This document shows positions 49,191 through 62,885 of a stretch of 64,000 nucleotides of DNA, one piece after another. Made by a program: the position numbers and the translations under genes. The stretch is from contig NC_043010.1 in the NCBI RefSeq assembly GCF_006345805.1, forward strand, positions 45,384,001-45,448,000, read 5' to 3'. This DNA is from Octopus sinensis (Eukaryota). Position 1 is the first letter of the stretch. Each line of letters starts with the position of its first letter. Below the pieces are notes generated by a model, which did no database searches, was not told where the DNA came from, and was given only the letters and a program-made list of their open reading frames with translations.

Positions 49191-49250
49191 TGTAAGTATG
49201 TATGTATGTATGTATGTATGTATGTATGTGTGTATGTATGTATATATATA

Positions 49251-49297
<47 letters not shown>

Positions 49298-49525
49298 CGA
49301 TTGGTTTTGTTAAGCGCTGTCGAGTTTTACACTTCAGTAAATAATAATAATGGTATTTTTTATAAGCTTAAATTTATATAATGATCATCTTGCAAATGAT
49401 TAAGGAAAATAGTCTAGTAATGTTGCATATAAGCCCTCGACAGAAAAAAAGTGTATATATATATTCTTTTATTCTTTTACTTGTTTCAGTCATCTGACTG
49501 TAGTCATGCTGGAGCACTGCTTTTA

Positions 49526-50210
49526 TCGGGTCATCCCATAAGTTCTGTCCAATTTTACCTTTTTTAAAATTGAATGAAATTTAATAGTATCTTAGAATGT
49601 CTAATGGAATTAAAAATTATTATTTTTATGCATTTGTGTACATTTAAACTAATTAAATATTTTTTTACAGAATAATAGAATTAAAATTTCTTTGATTAAA
49701 ACCCTTTCTAACATGGAAGTATCCAAAGAGCATTTGAGGCACATAATGCTTTATGAGTACAAAAAAGGAAACTCTGCAGCCAAAGCAACTCGAAACATAC
49801 ACTCAGTTTATAGGAAAGAATGCTTGAATGAAAGAACTTGTAGAAGATAGTTTGCAAAATTCAGAAGTGGAGATTTCAGCCGTGAAGATGAAGATCGAAC
49901 AGGATGTCCAGTTGAGTTTGATGACAAGTGCCTTGAGGCATTACTTGAAGAAAATCCTGCATTATCAGTTGAAGAATTGGCAATAAAGCTTAGTTTAAAC
50001 CACACAACTGTTCATCGTCATCTTCAACAACTTGGAAAGATTCCTAAACTTGGAAAAGGAGTTCCTCTTGAATTGTCCAAAGGCAACTGCAAATCCCGAG
50101 TTGACATTTGTTCTTCTCTCCATTCTCGCGAACTCATTTCACCCTTTTTGGATAGAGTTGTGACTGGTTACGAAAAATGTATCTTCTATCAAAATGTTAA
50201 AATCGTAAAA
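49526..50210 (+). mobile_element. 3'-truncated mariner (TIR plus N-terminal ~165 codons)
   Basis: The TA-tcgggtcatcccataagttc TIR is followed by an ATG at 49713: MEVSKEHLRHIMLYEYKKG...VVTGYEK. There is one in-frame stop, and the catalytic D is mutated to Y. Confidence 0.9.
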
Positions 50211-50324
50211 GGGAAAAAGCTCAACCTCAACTGAGAAGGGTTAAATTAAAAAGTAAATAAATAAAAATGATAGTAATGTAGTTCTATATGGAACAGCTAT
50301 GTTGAAGTGGCAACAAGCATATAT

Positions 50325-50390
<66 letters not shown>

Positions 50391-50721
50391 AATAAAAAAA
50401 CATCCACCTAGACATCTATCCATCTAACTCGATGACAGAAATAAAAGAAAGCAAAATAAAGAATTAAAAATATAAATAATGCATAGATACATCTATTTGT
50501 ATATGCATATATATATACACGCCCATTACATACATTCTCATCATTTATAAAATATGGAGATAGATAATACAATATGACGTAGTTAAATAGAAAAAAACAA
50601 AAAAATGATATACAGACATAACATTCTATACATTATATACATATTTTTTGTTTTATTTTGTTTAACTGCATCACTATTATATCTATTTCTGAATTTTATA
50701 AATGATGAGAATGCATATAAG

Positions 50722-51150
50722 AGGTTTGCTTTCCAAACACATGGTTTCAGGTTCAGTCTCACTATGTGGCACCTTGGACAAGTCTATTCTATTATAGGCT
50801 TGAGCTGATCAAAGCCTTGTCAGTGGATTTCGTAGACAAATTGAAAGAAACCTATCATATATACAGGGGGCCATGAATAGACTGTTGTTTAAATTATACA
50901 GAAATGAAAATAACACTGACATCTCATTTTAACAGCTATATTTACCTATATATATATGTATGTGTGTGTGTGTGTGTTTGTGTGTCTGTGTTTATCCCCC
51001 CAACATCGCTTGACAACCAATGCTGGTGTGTTTATGTCCCCGTAACTTAGCGGTTTGGCAAAAGAGATCGATAGAACAAGATAAGTACTAGGCTTACAAA
51101 GAATAAGTCCTGGGGTTGATTTGCTCGACTAAAGGCGGTGCTCCAGCATG
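50722..51150 (+). mobile_element. tRNA-derived SINE (family A)
   Basis: Head and body motifs. Confidence 0.85.
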
Positions 51151-51664
51151 ACAAAATTGTTTTACTAAATACTTCATTATTTCCAAAATCAATCGCAACA
51201 AAAGCAGTGTATTTTGGAAGGAATAAGAATTGGAATACTGTGTCACTGCATGTTATAAGAAGCAGCTAAAAGAGTTGTAGACAAGAAAGGTATCTTCTTG
51301 TATGACATTGCCTTAGAAAATTAGTTGTCATTGTTCTTTCAGATTATTTCGGCATAAAAGACTGAATCTATTTATTAAGATTTGATAAAGTAAAAATGTG
51401 TAGTTACTACTAAATTTATCTTTTATGTGTTTTCTCAAAGAATTAAAGTTTCCATCAAATTCAGTTTTTTGCGATTAACTTTTATGTCCTGTTTTGCAAG
51501 TAATTGCAGCTATTATTATGTCCTGAACTGCTTGTAAACACAATTCAAAATGTATAATTGCTTAAGGTTAAAAAATCAGGAACTGAATCCTTTTCTGTGC
51601 AGAAAAGTTTAACCTAATTTTCCAGAACATCCTGTTTACACTATTTGTGTTTATTTTTTGTGTT

Positions 51665-52059
51665 TTATCTTTTATCTTTTACTTGTTTCAGTCATTAGAC
51701 TGCAGCCATGCCTGGGCACCGCCTTGAAGGGTTTTAGTTGAATCAACCTAAGTAAGTTTTTCTTAAACCTGGTACTTATTCTATGGGTCTCTTTTGCCAA
51801 AACATTAAATTATGGGGATGTAAACACATCAACATCAGTTATCAAGTGGCGGTGGTGGTGGTGGTGGTTACAAACACAGACGCAAAGACATGCACACATA
51901 CACACAGACATGTTGTGGTTGGCGTTAGGAAGGGCATCCAGCTGTAGAAGCTCTGCCAGATCAAGATTGGAGCCTTGTGCAGCCATCTGGTTTGCCAGTC
52001 TTCAGTCAAATCGTCCAACCCATGCTAGCATGGAAAGTGGACGTTAGACGATGATGATG
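51665..52059. mobile_element. SINE family A tail (-, 51665-51900) next to an RTE-tailed SINE (+, 51917-52059)
   Basis: Motif matches to other copies. Confidence 0.8.
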
Positions 52060-52269
52060 TATATATATATGTTATAATTTAGAACAAACAGTAAAAAGTT
52101 GTCTTTATAATACTCAGAGTTTCAAATGTTGGAGCAAAGAGCTATGATGGATTCTCGTTGGCTGGTAATACAACAGACGCTATGAAAATCCATTGAATAA
52201 AAAGGAACTTATTCTAATAGGTAGAAAAAGGAGAAAAAAAAGATAAAAATACACGTTACCATATTCTCA

Positions 52270-52600
52270 CAATACATAGACATAAACCTTCATGTTGTGT
52301 TGCATTGTGTGTAATTATGTTTTTAAAGTTTGGGGTTGAACTGAAACTAATTTTTACGTTATGTCTATTGAAGAGCTTCCTATATTTATGATGTATTGGA
52401 AAATATCTATCTGTAAGTGACAAGAAATATTTACCTATATTAAAGGTCACTTCAGAGAAGTAAGGGTGTGTGAACCAGATAATTTTCCTGTGTCTATGTT
52501 TTATTTTCTTTATTTCTGGCCTAATAGTAGGTGTGTAAGCTATTTCCTCTTTAAATCCACTAGCTTTAAGGGCATTGTTATATAATGGGGCAGCATTATA
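52270..52600 (-). mobile_element. Penelope-like element fragment (RT C-terminal / linker region)
   Basis: Reads AAPLYNNALKASGFKEEIAY and NIGKYFLSLTDRYFPIHHKYRKLFNRHNVKISFSSTPNFKNII, characteristic of PLE ORFs. Confidence 0.75.
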
Positions 52601-53507
52601 TGATTTAACTTATTAAACAAAGTTCAACAAATTCATTCATATTTATGTAATGGAGATTAGATGTTAAAATGGATTATAGTTTTTATTTTTCATGTTGCTA
52701 TACAATTTGTTCCATGCTAAAAGACTCAGATAGTCGTAAATAGAAAATCATAAATTTCTACTCATCAATAACTGATATAAAAACTAAAAAAGACATTAAA
52801 AGTACATAAATTTTCTCTTAGTTATCATTTTGAGATTAGCATATTCATTCTTGCAGTCATGTCTATTTGAATCAAGGCTGAAAAAATATGTATTAAGTGG
52901 GTGCTAATATATGTAATATTAAAAACTGACATTCTGTCTATAAAATCCAATATATGTCTCTATTTAAAACTCCTTAAATGAATTTTATTGCTGGTCAAGC
53001 TGTATTTGTATGTATGTTGAGAAATTCCAAATAAGGAGGTATATGTATTTTCAAATACAAATTTAGTTTTAATTTAACTGTCAATTCTCCTTTCGATTTA
53101 AGATATTTTTAGAGAAAAAGGTGCTTAATAATGATATTGAAGAATAATTACTGGTTTATAATATATATAAATTAAGTATTTATATATGACAAGCTTCTTT
53201 CAGTTTCAACTGCGTTCACAAGGTTTTGGTCAGAGTAGAAAAAAACCTTGTTTAAGATGCTATACAGTGGGACTGAGCTGGAAACCATGTGGTTGGGAAG
53301 CAAACTTCTTACCACACAGCCACACCTACATCTATATTGTGAGTGATTTTCTTTTTATTATTTTCACTTTTTATTATTTTCACTTAAAAATGTGTGACAT
53401 GTCACTGCTGGACAAGTATATTATAAGTTCATCTTCACTGTTCTAGAGTATAGTCAATTACTGTGTCTCCAGCTCTTCTCTATCAATTGACATCTATCTT
53501 ATTAGCC

Positions 53508-53736
53508 TTAACCCTTTCATTACCATATTTATTTTCAGATGCTCTGTGTGTCTTTCAATTATTTTAAATATAACAAAGAATTTTGTAAAATAACTTAGTT
53601 GTCATTAAGCTAGTGTTAGGAACATAAATTGTGACTCAGGTTCGCTGGAAGATTTTAATTCAAAACTTATGAAAGCAAGACATTTGTACTACAGAGCTAG
53701 AGGCAGTTTCAGCCAGGCTGGTAACGAAAGGGTTAA
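53508..53736. mobile_element. piggyBac-type MITE, family 2
   Basis: TTAA-CCCTTTC ... GAAAGGG-TTAA, with an internal sequence unrelated to family 1. Confidence 0.8.
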
Positions 53737-53796
53737 AAGGATGAAAGGCAAAGAGGACTCTAGCAGAATTTGAAATTAGAATGTAAAGAGATATAA

Positions 53797-54208
53797 CTCT
53801 CTTTACTCTTTTTACTCTTTTACTTGTTTCAGTCATTTGATTGCGGCCATGCTGGAGCACCGCCTTTAGTCGAGCAAATCGACCCTGGGACTTATTCTTT
53901 GTAAGCCCAGTACTTATTCTATCGGTCTCTTTTGCCGAACCGCTAAGTGACGGGGACGTAAACACACCAGCATCGGTTGTCAAGCAATGCTAGGGGGACA
54001 AACACAGACACACAAACACACACACATATATATATACATATATACGACAGGCTTCTTTCAGTTTCTGTCTACCAAATCCACTCACAAGGCATTGGTCGGC
54101 CCGGGGCCATAGCAGAAGACACTTGCCCAAGATGCCACGCAGTGGGACTGAACCCGGAACCATGTGGTTGGTTAGCAAGCTACTTACCACACAGCCACTC
54201 CTGTGCCT
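53797..54208 (-). mobile_element. Full-length, young-looking tRNA-derived SINE (family A)
   Basis: Head (ggcacaggagtggctgtgtggtaag ... ggttcagtccc), central microsatellite and (AAAGAGT)n tail are all present, and CpGs are retained. Confidence 0.92.
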
Positions 54209-55872
54209 TGCCACAAAATATTTTGAGTGACACACTACTGATATTATTGTCCTTCCATATGACATTTGGTAAAATTTAATATATTTTTGTAAATTAGTTT
54301 ATCATCTGTGTAAAAATCTTGAATAAAGAATTACCCACCTCCACTAAACTTGGCAATTTTCCTACTCACTGTCAATACGTAGTTGCAACAATGTATATAA
54401 TTGGGTGTTAAATTTACCCCCTCATTCACTACTAACTTCTATTCCTATTCCTAGTTTTGCATAATTTCCTAAGTCAGGTGGCGACTTCATTTGCATTTTA
54501 AATCTCATTTTAGATATTGCTCCCACAAGACGTCTATTTAATGTTCTCGTAATTTGTTTGCCTTGAGAATTGGCTTTTTCTCAAGCGATTGCATTTTGTA
54601 GCATGTATTAGACTTTCAGCTAATGCTGAAGCTGCACTTGGCTTGATACTCATCTAATTATGTTACATTAATCACAGATTTGGAGACATTTCAGTTTGTC
54701 TGTCAGCTTCTCTCTCTCTCTCTCATTTCTTCATCTTTTCTTTCTTCTTTCATTTCTATTCCTCACAGACATTATATAAGCATTTTATTTCCATTTGGAT
54801 TGGCCATATGAAATATTGGTTTCAAATTTTGAAACAAGGCCAGCAAGTTAGGAGGAGAGATAAGTTGATTACATTGACTTCAGAGTTCAGCTGGTACTTA
54901 TTTCATTGAAACTGAAAGGATGACCGACTTTGCCGTTCATCCTTTCAGGTTAGTGTGCTAACAATTCAACCAGTTTGCCACCTTTAAACCATATGAAATA
55001 TTGATAAAGGGCAAGACGAAAATTCACCATACACCACTGTATCAAGGCACAAATATTATAAAGGAGTGCTATTGCAGTTGATCAACCAACAAGAGATAGC
55101 AGCTAAATTTACAAAATTCACACCTTGTCTTATGCTAGAAGTAGATCTGCTATGGTCTTACCTCTAAGAAATGTTCTCAAGAAAAATTTAGTAAACAACC
55201 AATAGTATACAATTTTACTGAACTTTCAAATTTTTATATGCTAGACCACTGGTGTGAAATTGATGTTAATTAAATTAATATCAAATTTCTCACCCTTATT
55301 TTAAATCTAAATTTAAATTAATATGTTCTCTAACCGGCAAAAGTCACTGCAGTAAATTATTTTCTGCAGTATCATTTTTTCTGATAGTTTAGCACGCCAA
55401 AACGAAGACATTTTTGAACAGTAACCACGAGTGTAATAGGTAGAACTATATACAGATCTGACTTCGTGCGGACATCCTAGTATATAGTTCTGCAAATTAT
55501 ATTTACTTGGACGGTCACACTGAAGATCTACGGGCATTTATGTAAGTAAAATTATGTAATATGTTAATAGTGAAACATGTATGTGAATAATCCATATTTT
55601 CATTGCTTTTTTTTTTGTCTTACTCCATTACGTTTTGGTTGTTTGCTAAATTTTTCTTGAGAACATTTCTTAGTGGTAAGACCATAGCGGATCTACTTCT
55701 AGCATAAGGGTTGTCCACATAGTGGTCATCCTTCTCATTTGTATATAATACAATTTTACTGAACCTTTAGATTTTTATATGCTAGACTATTGGTGTGAAA
55801 TTCATGTTAAATTAATATCAAATTTCTCACCCTCATTTTGAATTTATATATATATATATATTATCTGAAATG

Positions 55873-56049
55873 TACAGTATTATATATCCATCACAGCTGA
55901 TCCTACCAAATGGTTTTACACTAGGAATACAATGGAGTGTTAGGTAACAATCTGATTATATAACCTTACACTCATTAGATTTAGCTGATATTGTATTCCA
56001 GCATGAAACCGATTGGTAAGATCACCTGTGATGGATATATAATACTGTA
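55873..56049. repeat. 177 bp imperfect foldback (hairpin)
   Basis: The outer 24 bp are perfect (55873-55896 / 56026-56049), with further inner pairings ggaatacaat/attgtattcc and gagtgttaggt/accttacactc. Confidence 0.85.
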
Positions 56050-56321
56050 TATAATATATCCACTCTATTAGCAGATATATGAGTGCAGCTCTTCGCGGAC
56101 GTATGAACTCTTAGAAGACTCACATGTATATACATATATGTGTGTGTATGTGTACACAAACATACATACATCTATATATATATATATTATATATATATAT
56201 ATATATCATTATAATCAAGGATAAAATCTATATAGGATTTTATCAAGTAGCTAGCATATAATAAACCATTTAGGTAAAAATTAATACAAAGTATATAATA
56301 AAATTGTGGCACAATAAAAGC

Positions 56322-56945
56322 ACAAGTGTATGGTAAGTAGCTTGCTTCCCAACCACATGGTTCCAGGTTCGTTGCCACTGTGTGGCACCTTGGGCAAGTG
56401 TTTTCTACTATAGCCTCGGGCCAACCAAAGCCTTGTGAGTCAATTTGGCTGAAGGAAACTAGAAGAAGCCCATCGTATATATATTTGTGTGTGTGTGTGT
56501 GTGTTTGTCCCCCTGCTATTGCTTGACAACCGATGCTGGTGTATTTATGTACCCATAACTTAGCAGTTTGGCAAAAGACACCAATAGAATAAGTACTAGG
56601 CTTACAAAGAATAAGTCCTGGGCTCGATTTTGTTCAACTAAAACCCTTTAAGGTGGTGCTGCAGCATGGCCGCATTCAAATGACTGAAACAAGTAAAAGA
56701 ACAAAAGAATACATATATATATTTTACTTGTTTCAGTCATTAGAGTGCAGCCATGCCAGTGCGCTGCCTTGAACACAAAAACACCAGTGGTCAAGAGGTG
56801 GGGGATAATGACAGACACAGAGAGACACACACAAACTCACATATATATAGTAGAAGACATTTGTCTAAGGATGCCACACAGTGGGACTGAACCCAGAACC
56901 ATGTTATTGGAAGCAAGCATCTTACCACACAGCTACGCTTGTGCC
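56322..56945. mobile_element. Tail-to-tail pair of family A SINEs (+ 56322-56708; - 56722-56945)
   Basis: The tails ...gactgaaacaagtaaaa and ttttacttgtttcagtc face each other across a short AT spacer. Confidence 0.88.
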
Positions 56946-56954
56946 TTGTATATG

Positions 56955-57014
<60 letters not shown>

Positions 57015-57129
57015 TGTGTTAGTATACATACACATTCACATATTTTCATGCATACAAAAATATACATAAATATATACATGCATACATACATCTGTACACA
57101 TATATGAATATTTATTTATATATGAATGT

Positions 57130-57299
57130 ATCTAACTCATGGGAATTTTGTAAGAATATCATTTTTCAATGTGTATGTCCGTTTTATAAATGGATATGTG
57201 CATTGAGACATTTTGATATGGATTTTGAGAGTATTCCTTTATTTGTCTATCTGTCTATTTGTCTAACTCTCTGAGTATCTGCCTGTCTCTCTCTGTTTC

Positions 57300-57336
<37 letters not shown>

Positions 57337-57600
57337 TCTACCTATCACAACCTGGGACCTTGAAGACTGCTTAAATGCAAGAAAGTATACTAGTCCCTTA
57401 ATATTTGATATTCAATATTTCATCTATTCAATAAGACAATCAATACTTCATTTCATTTTACTATATATACTATTTATACTATATATTCTATATTCTACAT
57501 TAATATTATAAAGAATATAAATAAAACATAAAAAACAGACAGAGTTGGAATTCCTTTGAATAATATATATCCCTCTATACACAATCATACAAACTCCTTT
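57130..57600 (+). mobile_element. Short microsatellite-embedded element with a degenerate minimal hammerhead (57354-57397)
   Basis: GGGAC-CTTGAAGA-CTGC-ttaaat-GCAA-GAAA-GTATAC-TA-GTCCC. Confidence 0.6.
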
Positions 57601-57678
57601 ATGTATGTATTTATGTATGTATGTATGTATGTATGTATGTATGTATGTATGTATGTATATTTATATATGTGTATATAA

Positions 57679-57719
<41 letters not shown>

Positions 57720-58035
57720 TGTATGTATGCATATTCTCTTTTGCAATTCTCAGAGAACACACATAAAATTATAAATAATTGCATGTAAATAGTGAGACAT
57801 AAAACCGCTTTGGGTAGTGGAAGTCGAGATGTAGATTCTAATTCCCATGAACAGTCTTTGATATTTTTCTATCCAAAAGGATTCTTAAATCCAGTATTTA
57901 CACATTATTATTTATAGCTTCATGCATGCGCTACAAGAATTCCCAAAAAGTGTGATTGTGTGTGTGTGTGTGTGTGTGTGTACACAGATACATACACACT
58001 CACAAGATGTACATAAATACTTTATTTGTATAGAA

Positions 58036-58079
<44 letters not shown>

Positions 58080-58369
58080 GTATGTATACATATACACACA
58101 TATATATGTATACTTATAAATACATACATACATACATACATATATATATATATTTATAGATGTGTATGTAAGTAAAATTACATATTACATTAGTAATGAA
58201 ACAATTTGTTCAGGGTCAATCTATTTATTCGTTATATTTCACTTTCCTTCCGTTAAATGTATGTTACTTCTAGTTGGAAACATCTTTTTTCTGTGGCTAT
58301 ACTATCGGGGCTATTTTTAGCACTAGAGTTATCCACATAGTGGTTAACTCTCTAATAATTTATATATAT

Positions 58370-58427
<58 letters not shown>

Positions 58428-58458
58428 TGTACACATATATATATATATATATATATAT

Positions 58459-58734
58459 GCGTGATCATTACCAGCATCGCCTTACTGGCACCTGTGCGGT
58501 GGCATGTGTAAAAGATTCAAGCAAGGTCGTTGCCAGTACTGCCTGACTGGCACATAAAAGCACCCACTACACTCTCGGAGTGGTTGGCGTTAGGAAAGGC
58601 ATCCAGCTGTTGAAAATCTGCCAGATCAAGATTGAAGCCTGGTGCAGCCATCTGGTTCACCAGCCTTCTGTCAAATCGTCCAACCCATGCTAGCATGGAA
58701 AGCAGATGTTAAACGATGACGATGATGATGATGA

Positions 58735-58738
<4 letters not shown>
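58459..58738 (+). mobile_element. RTE-tailed SINE
   Basis: Same family as 31781-32272. Confidence 0.9.
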
Positions 58739-58819
<81 letters not shown>

Positions 58820-58936
58820 CATACATTTATATACATATATATATATACATATTTATATATATGTATATAAATATACACACATAAATAAATATACATAAAC
58901 ATGTATATAAATATATATATATATAATATATATATG

Positions 58937-58981
<45 letters not shown>

Positions 58982-59092
58982 TCACATACATATATTACAT
59001 GTATATATATATACATATACATATATTACATGTATACAAATATACATGTGTGCATATATATATACACACACACACACACAAACACACATATA

Positions 59093-60313
59093 TTGGGTCT
59101 TCCCATAAATAATGCAGTCTCTTCAATTGCATGAACTAAAAGTTGGATGAGGGACAAGATAAACTACTTGCATCAACTTGCTATTAAAGCAGGTAGTAAT
59201 TTTACCTTGTACTTATTCTTAGTGCAATTTTTGAAGAGTGTGGTTAACACTTATTTTTTCAAAGCTATAATAGAAATGACAAACGAACATATTTTGCATT
59301 ATGAGTTCAATAAAGGAATATTAATGCAGTGTATGGGGAGTGGACAATAAGCATAAGCCAGTGTTAGCAGTGGGTCCAAAAATACTGAGCCAGAAACTAC
59401 AGCCTAGAAGATGAGCCTCATCCTGGAAGACCTGTAGAGCTCAGTGATGATGTTCTACAAACTCTAGTGGAACAAAATCCCATTGTAACGGTTGAGGAAC
59501 TAGCAGAGAAACTTAGAATTGCTCATTCAACCATTCATTGACACCTGCATGCCATCAGAAAAGTTAGAAAATTGGGTCAATGGGTTCTTCACAAACTTTC
59601 CGAATCTATTAGATTCGGAAAGTGCATGCAGAGAGTGAATGTGTGCTCTTCTTTGTTGTCACATCTCAAGAATGAACCTTTGTTGGACTGAATAGTGACT
59701 GGTGAGGAGAAATGGGTTCTCTATAAAAAAAGTCAAGAGCCAAAGACAGTCGGTGGGAAGAAACACTGGTACACCAGGCTAAAGAAAGTTTTACCCATGT
59801 AAGGTATTGTTATCTGTTTGGTGGGATATGAAAGGTTTAGTCCACTTTGAACTTTTAAACCCCAACCAAACATTAACAAAGGATGTGTACTGCAAGCAGC
59901 TTGAATGGCTTAAGTCAGTGCTAGAAGAAAAATGATCATATTTGGTTTCAAGACGAAAGGTTTTCTTCTATCAGGATAATGCTTGGCCACATAAAGCAAG
60001 GATGACATTCCAAAGGCTGGCTCAGTTTGAATGGGGAAACTATGGTGTTACCCCATCTGATTACCATTTATTCTGCAGTCTTCAAAATCATTTGGATGGG
60101 AAAAATATGAATTCTGTAACTGAGGTCAGAATGGTACTAGAGAAGCATTTTTCACCACAGACAAGTGGGTTTTGGAAGAAGGGCTTTGCAAGTCTACCAG
60201 ATAGATGGCAGAGCATGGTAGAACATGAAGGAGATTGAAAAAGAACATCATTTATCTTAATTTAGAAAAATAAAAGATGTATAAAAAACTACTTTATTTA
60301 TGGGATAACCCAA
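59093..60313 (+). mobile_element. Full-length but inactivated mariner element (about 1.22 kb)
   Basis: TA-flanked TIRs ttgggtcttcccataaataa / ttatttatgggataacccaa. Transposase remnants include IVTGEEKW, QDNAWPH and PSDYHLF, with stops and frameshifts. Confidence 0.93.
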
Positions 60314-60439
60314 TACATATACATACACATATATATATATAAATATATATATATATACACACACACACATATACATATATATACATACATATACATACAT
60401 ATAAAATGGACGTTAAATGATGATGATGATTTATTCACT

Positions 60440-60701
60440 CAGTTTTACATGTTTACACGTTTATTGCTTTCAAAGTGACCATACCTAAAGCGTGAAAACT
60501 ACTCATAAAAACTTGCATTTTGCTCATGGTAGCATCCTTGTAGGCTGTTTGAAGCATAGCAACTGTCTCAGCCACCGTTTTCCTCAGCAGAAAACAGAAT
60601 TTCATGGTAGCATACTGTTCCTTCATTTCAAACAGGGGAGAAGCACAGCAGAACAAAGACACACCATGTGGCAGTACAACTTCACCCGATGCCACTCCTC
60701 A
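60440..60701 (-). mobile_element. Mariner 5' fragment
   Basis: [39 protein letters not shown]; terminus tatgaggagtgg. Confidence 0.75.
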
Positions 60702-60787
60702 TAAATAATATATATATATATATATATATATACCTATACATACATACATACATACATACATACATACATACATACATACATACTTAC

Positions 60788-60818
<31 letters not shown>

Positions 60819-60861
60819 TATATTTTATATATATTATATATAAATATATATATATAATATA

Positions 60862-60927
<66 letters not shown>

Positions 60928-60931
<4 letters not shown>

Positions 60932-61148
60932 GGAGTGCTGAAAAGTCCCTGGCTTTGGGTAAGAGAAAATACAGGAGGATCAGTTAATTATGGTTTTATT
61001 CAACATATTCCCCTCCCAGATTCACACACTTATTGCAGTGGTCCTTCAGTTTTTTCTAGGCCCTGTAAAAGAACTTGGAAGGTTCGACCTCTAACCAGGC
61101 CTTTCATGATACCTTTAAAGCCAGGAACTTTTCAGCACCCCTATCTCA
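60928..61148. mobile_element. Mariner-derived MITE inserted in (TA)n
   Basis: TIRs gagggagtgctgaaaagtccctggcttt / aaagccaggaacttttcagcaccc. The same TIR recurs at about 45072. Confidence 0.85.
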
Positions 61149-62751
61149 TATATGTCAAAAAGATCAAAGGTCTTGTCTGAGCCTTATGCTCATAACACCA
61201 GTTTCCTCAGATTCTGTGGTATATATATATATATAGATATATATATATATAATATATATATATATAAACAGGCAGACAGACAGACAGACACACACATACA
61301 CAGTATGAGTATGTGACTCATGACTATGTATGTTGCTTGTCGCAACACTGCCTGGTTAAAAAACTGTTGTGTCCAAATACTCATTCAATAAAATAAGTAG
61401 CAGACTGGAATTAGTAATAGGATCAATATGATTGACTTAATACCTTTGAAAGTAGTGACTCAGTATGACATCAGTCCATTAATTAAGGTTAGTAACAGCA
61501 AAAAGTATTTATATTCACACACACTCAAACACACACACATACAGAGTGAAAGAGAGAGCTCTAGACCCTTAATGTAAATTCATGGTTATAGATAAAGCAC
61601 AGTTGAGCTCTATTCCTCTTGTTTGTATAACTATATGCACCTTTGGCAATACCCTACCATTTATATTCTGACCCCCCCCCCCCGTATGTTGAGGGTATGC
61701 CCTAGCACTTCACCAACATCTATCTCTCTCTTGCTTTACTCTACCATCTCATTTATATTCTGATCGTTGTTCCTTGTGAGTATGACCTAGCACTTCCCGA
61801 CTATCTCTTTTGCACTCTCACTCTCTCCCACCTCTCTCTCTCTCTCTCTTTCTCTTGCTCTCTCTCCTTCTGACCAGGTGACTATGTATCTCCTTTACAG
61901 CAAGACACCTGTTTCTGTCTCTCTGTCACACTCTAAATCTTTCGTCATCTGGCATAAGATCACCTTCTCTCTCAAAGGATCTGTGTCTTGCAAGTTACTT
62001 GGAAACCCTGTCAGTGCTGGTACCACATAAAAAGCATCCAGTCCACAATGTAAATGGGAAAAGCTGAGAGGAAGAATGTCCAGCAGCTTGATGACTAGAG
62101 GGACAAGGTGTTTTAGATTGCAAGACAGTGTGTCAGAGAAAATTGTGATGTTGTAGGAGAGAAGTGTTCAAATGGATGATAGCACACTTTCGCTTGGTGA
62201 TTCTGCAAAGAAAGAGGCATGGAAGTGTGACTAAGAAATGCTGCTAAATGTCTGCTCTGTCTTACTAAAATAGGGGCTGGGTGAGGCTGGCAATCCTCAT
62301 AATAGACTCAGCTAATAGCTGGAATTATCCTATATATGACTACAGCTATTCAATAACTTCATAAACCAGCAATGCTCAGTCATTGCACAAATGCATACTG
62401 TATAATATTGTCACACTGTGCACATCTTGGACAGCCTTACCTGGCAGCACTTTCATGACTGCCAGAATATGTCTTGAATGAGTAGTGCACCTTATAACAC
62501 TATCAGGCTAAAAGCTTCTGGTAGTTACCAACCTAGAAGCCCTCCCAAAAAGACCATCCAGTCTATCATCTTTATTACTTAGAGTTTCTCTAAAACCCCA
62601 TTGCTCTTAACCACCACTAGTTCTCTATACATTATTAATGTGGAACAACCACTGACTCCATTGCCCAACTGGTACAGGACACTTTTAAAAATACAGTTTT
62701 ATTATGAGTATTATATACACAGCTTTTATTGTTAATGTTATTTGTTTGGTT

Positions 62752-62885
62752 AAGGCAGCAAACTGGCAGAATTGTTGCATGCCGGGCAAAATGCTTAGTG
62801 GTATTTCATCCATCTTTACATTCTGAGTTCAAATTCTGCTGTGGTAGACTTTACCTTTCATCCTTTTGTGGTTGATAAAATAAGT
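62752..62885 (+). mobile_element. SINE family D head
   Basis: aaggcagcaaactggcagaattg...gagttcaaattc. Confidence 0.8.

Noticed and set aside
49395-49445. Minus-strand CTGTCGAGGGCTTATATGC as a hammerhead remnant; similar weak cases at about 56070-56100 and 61868-61900
   Set aside because: The GAAA and the 3' side of helix II are missing or too degenerate to score without a family consensus.
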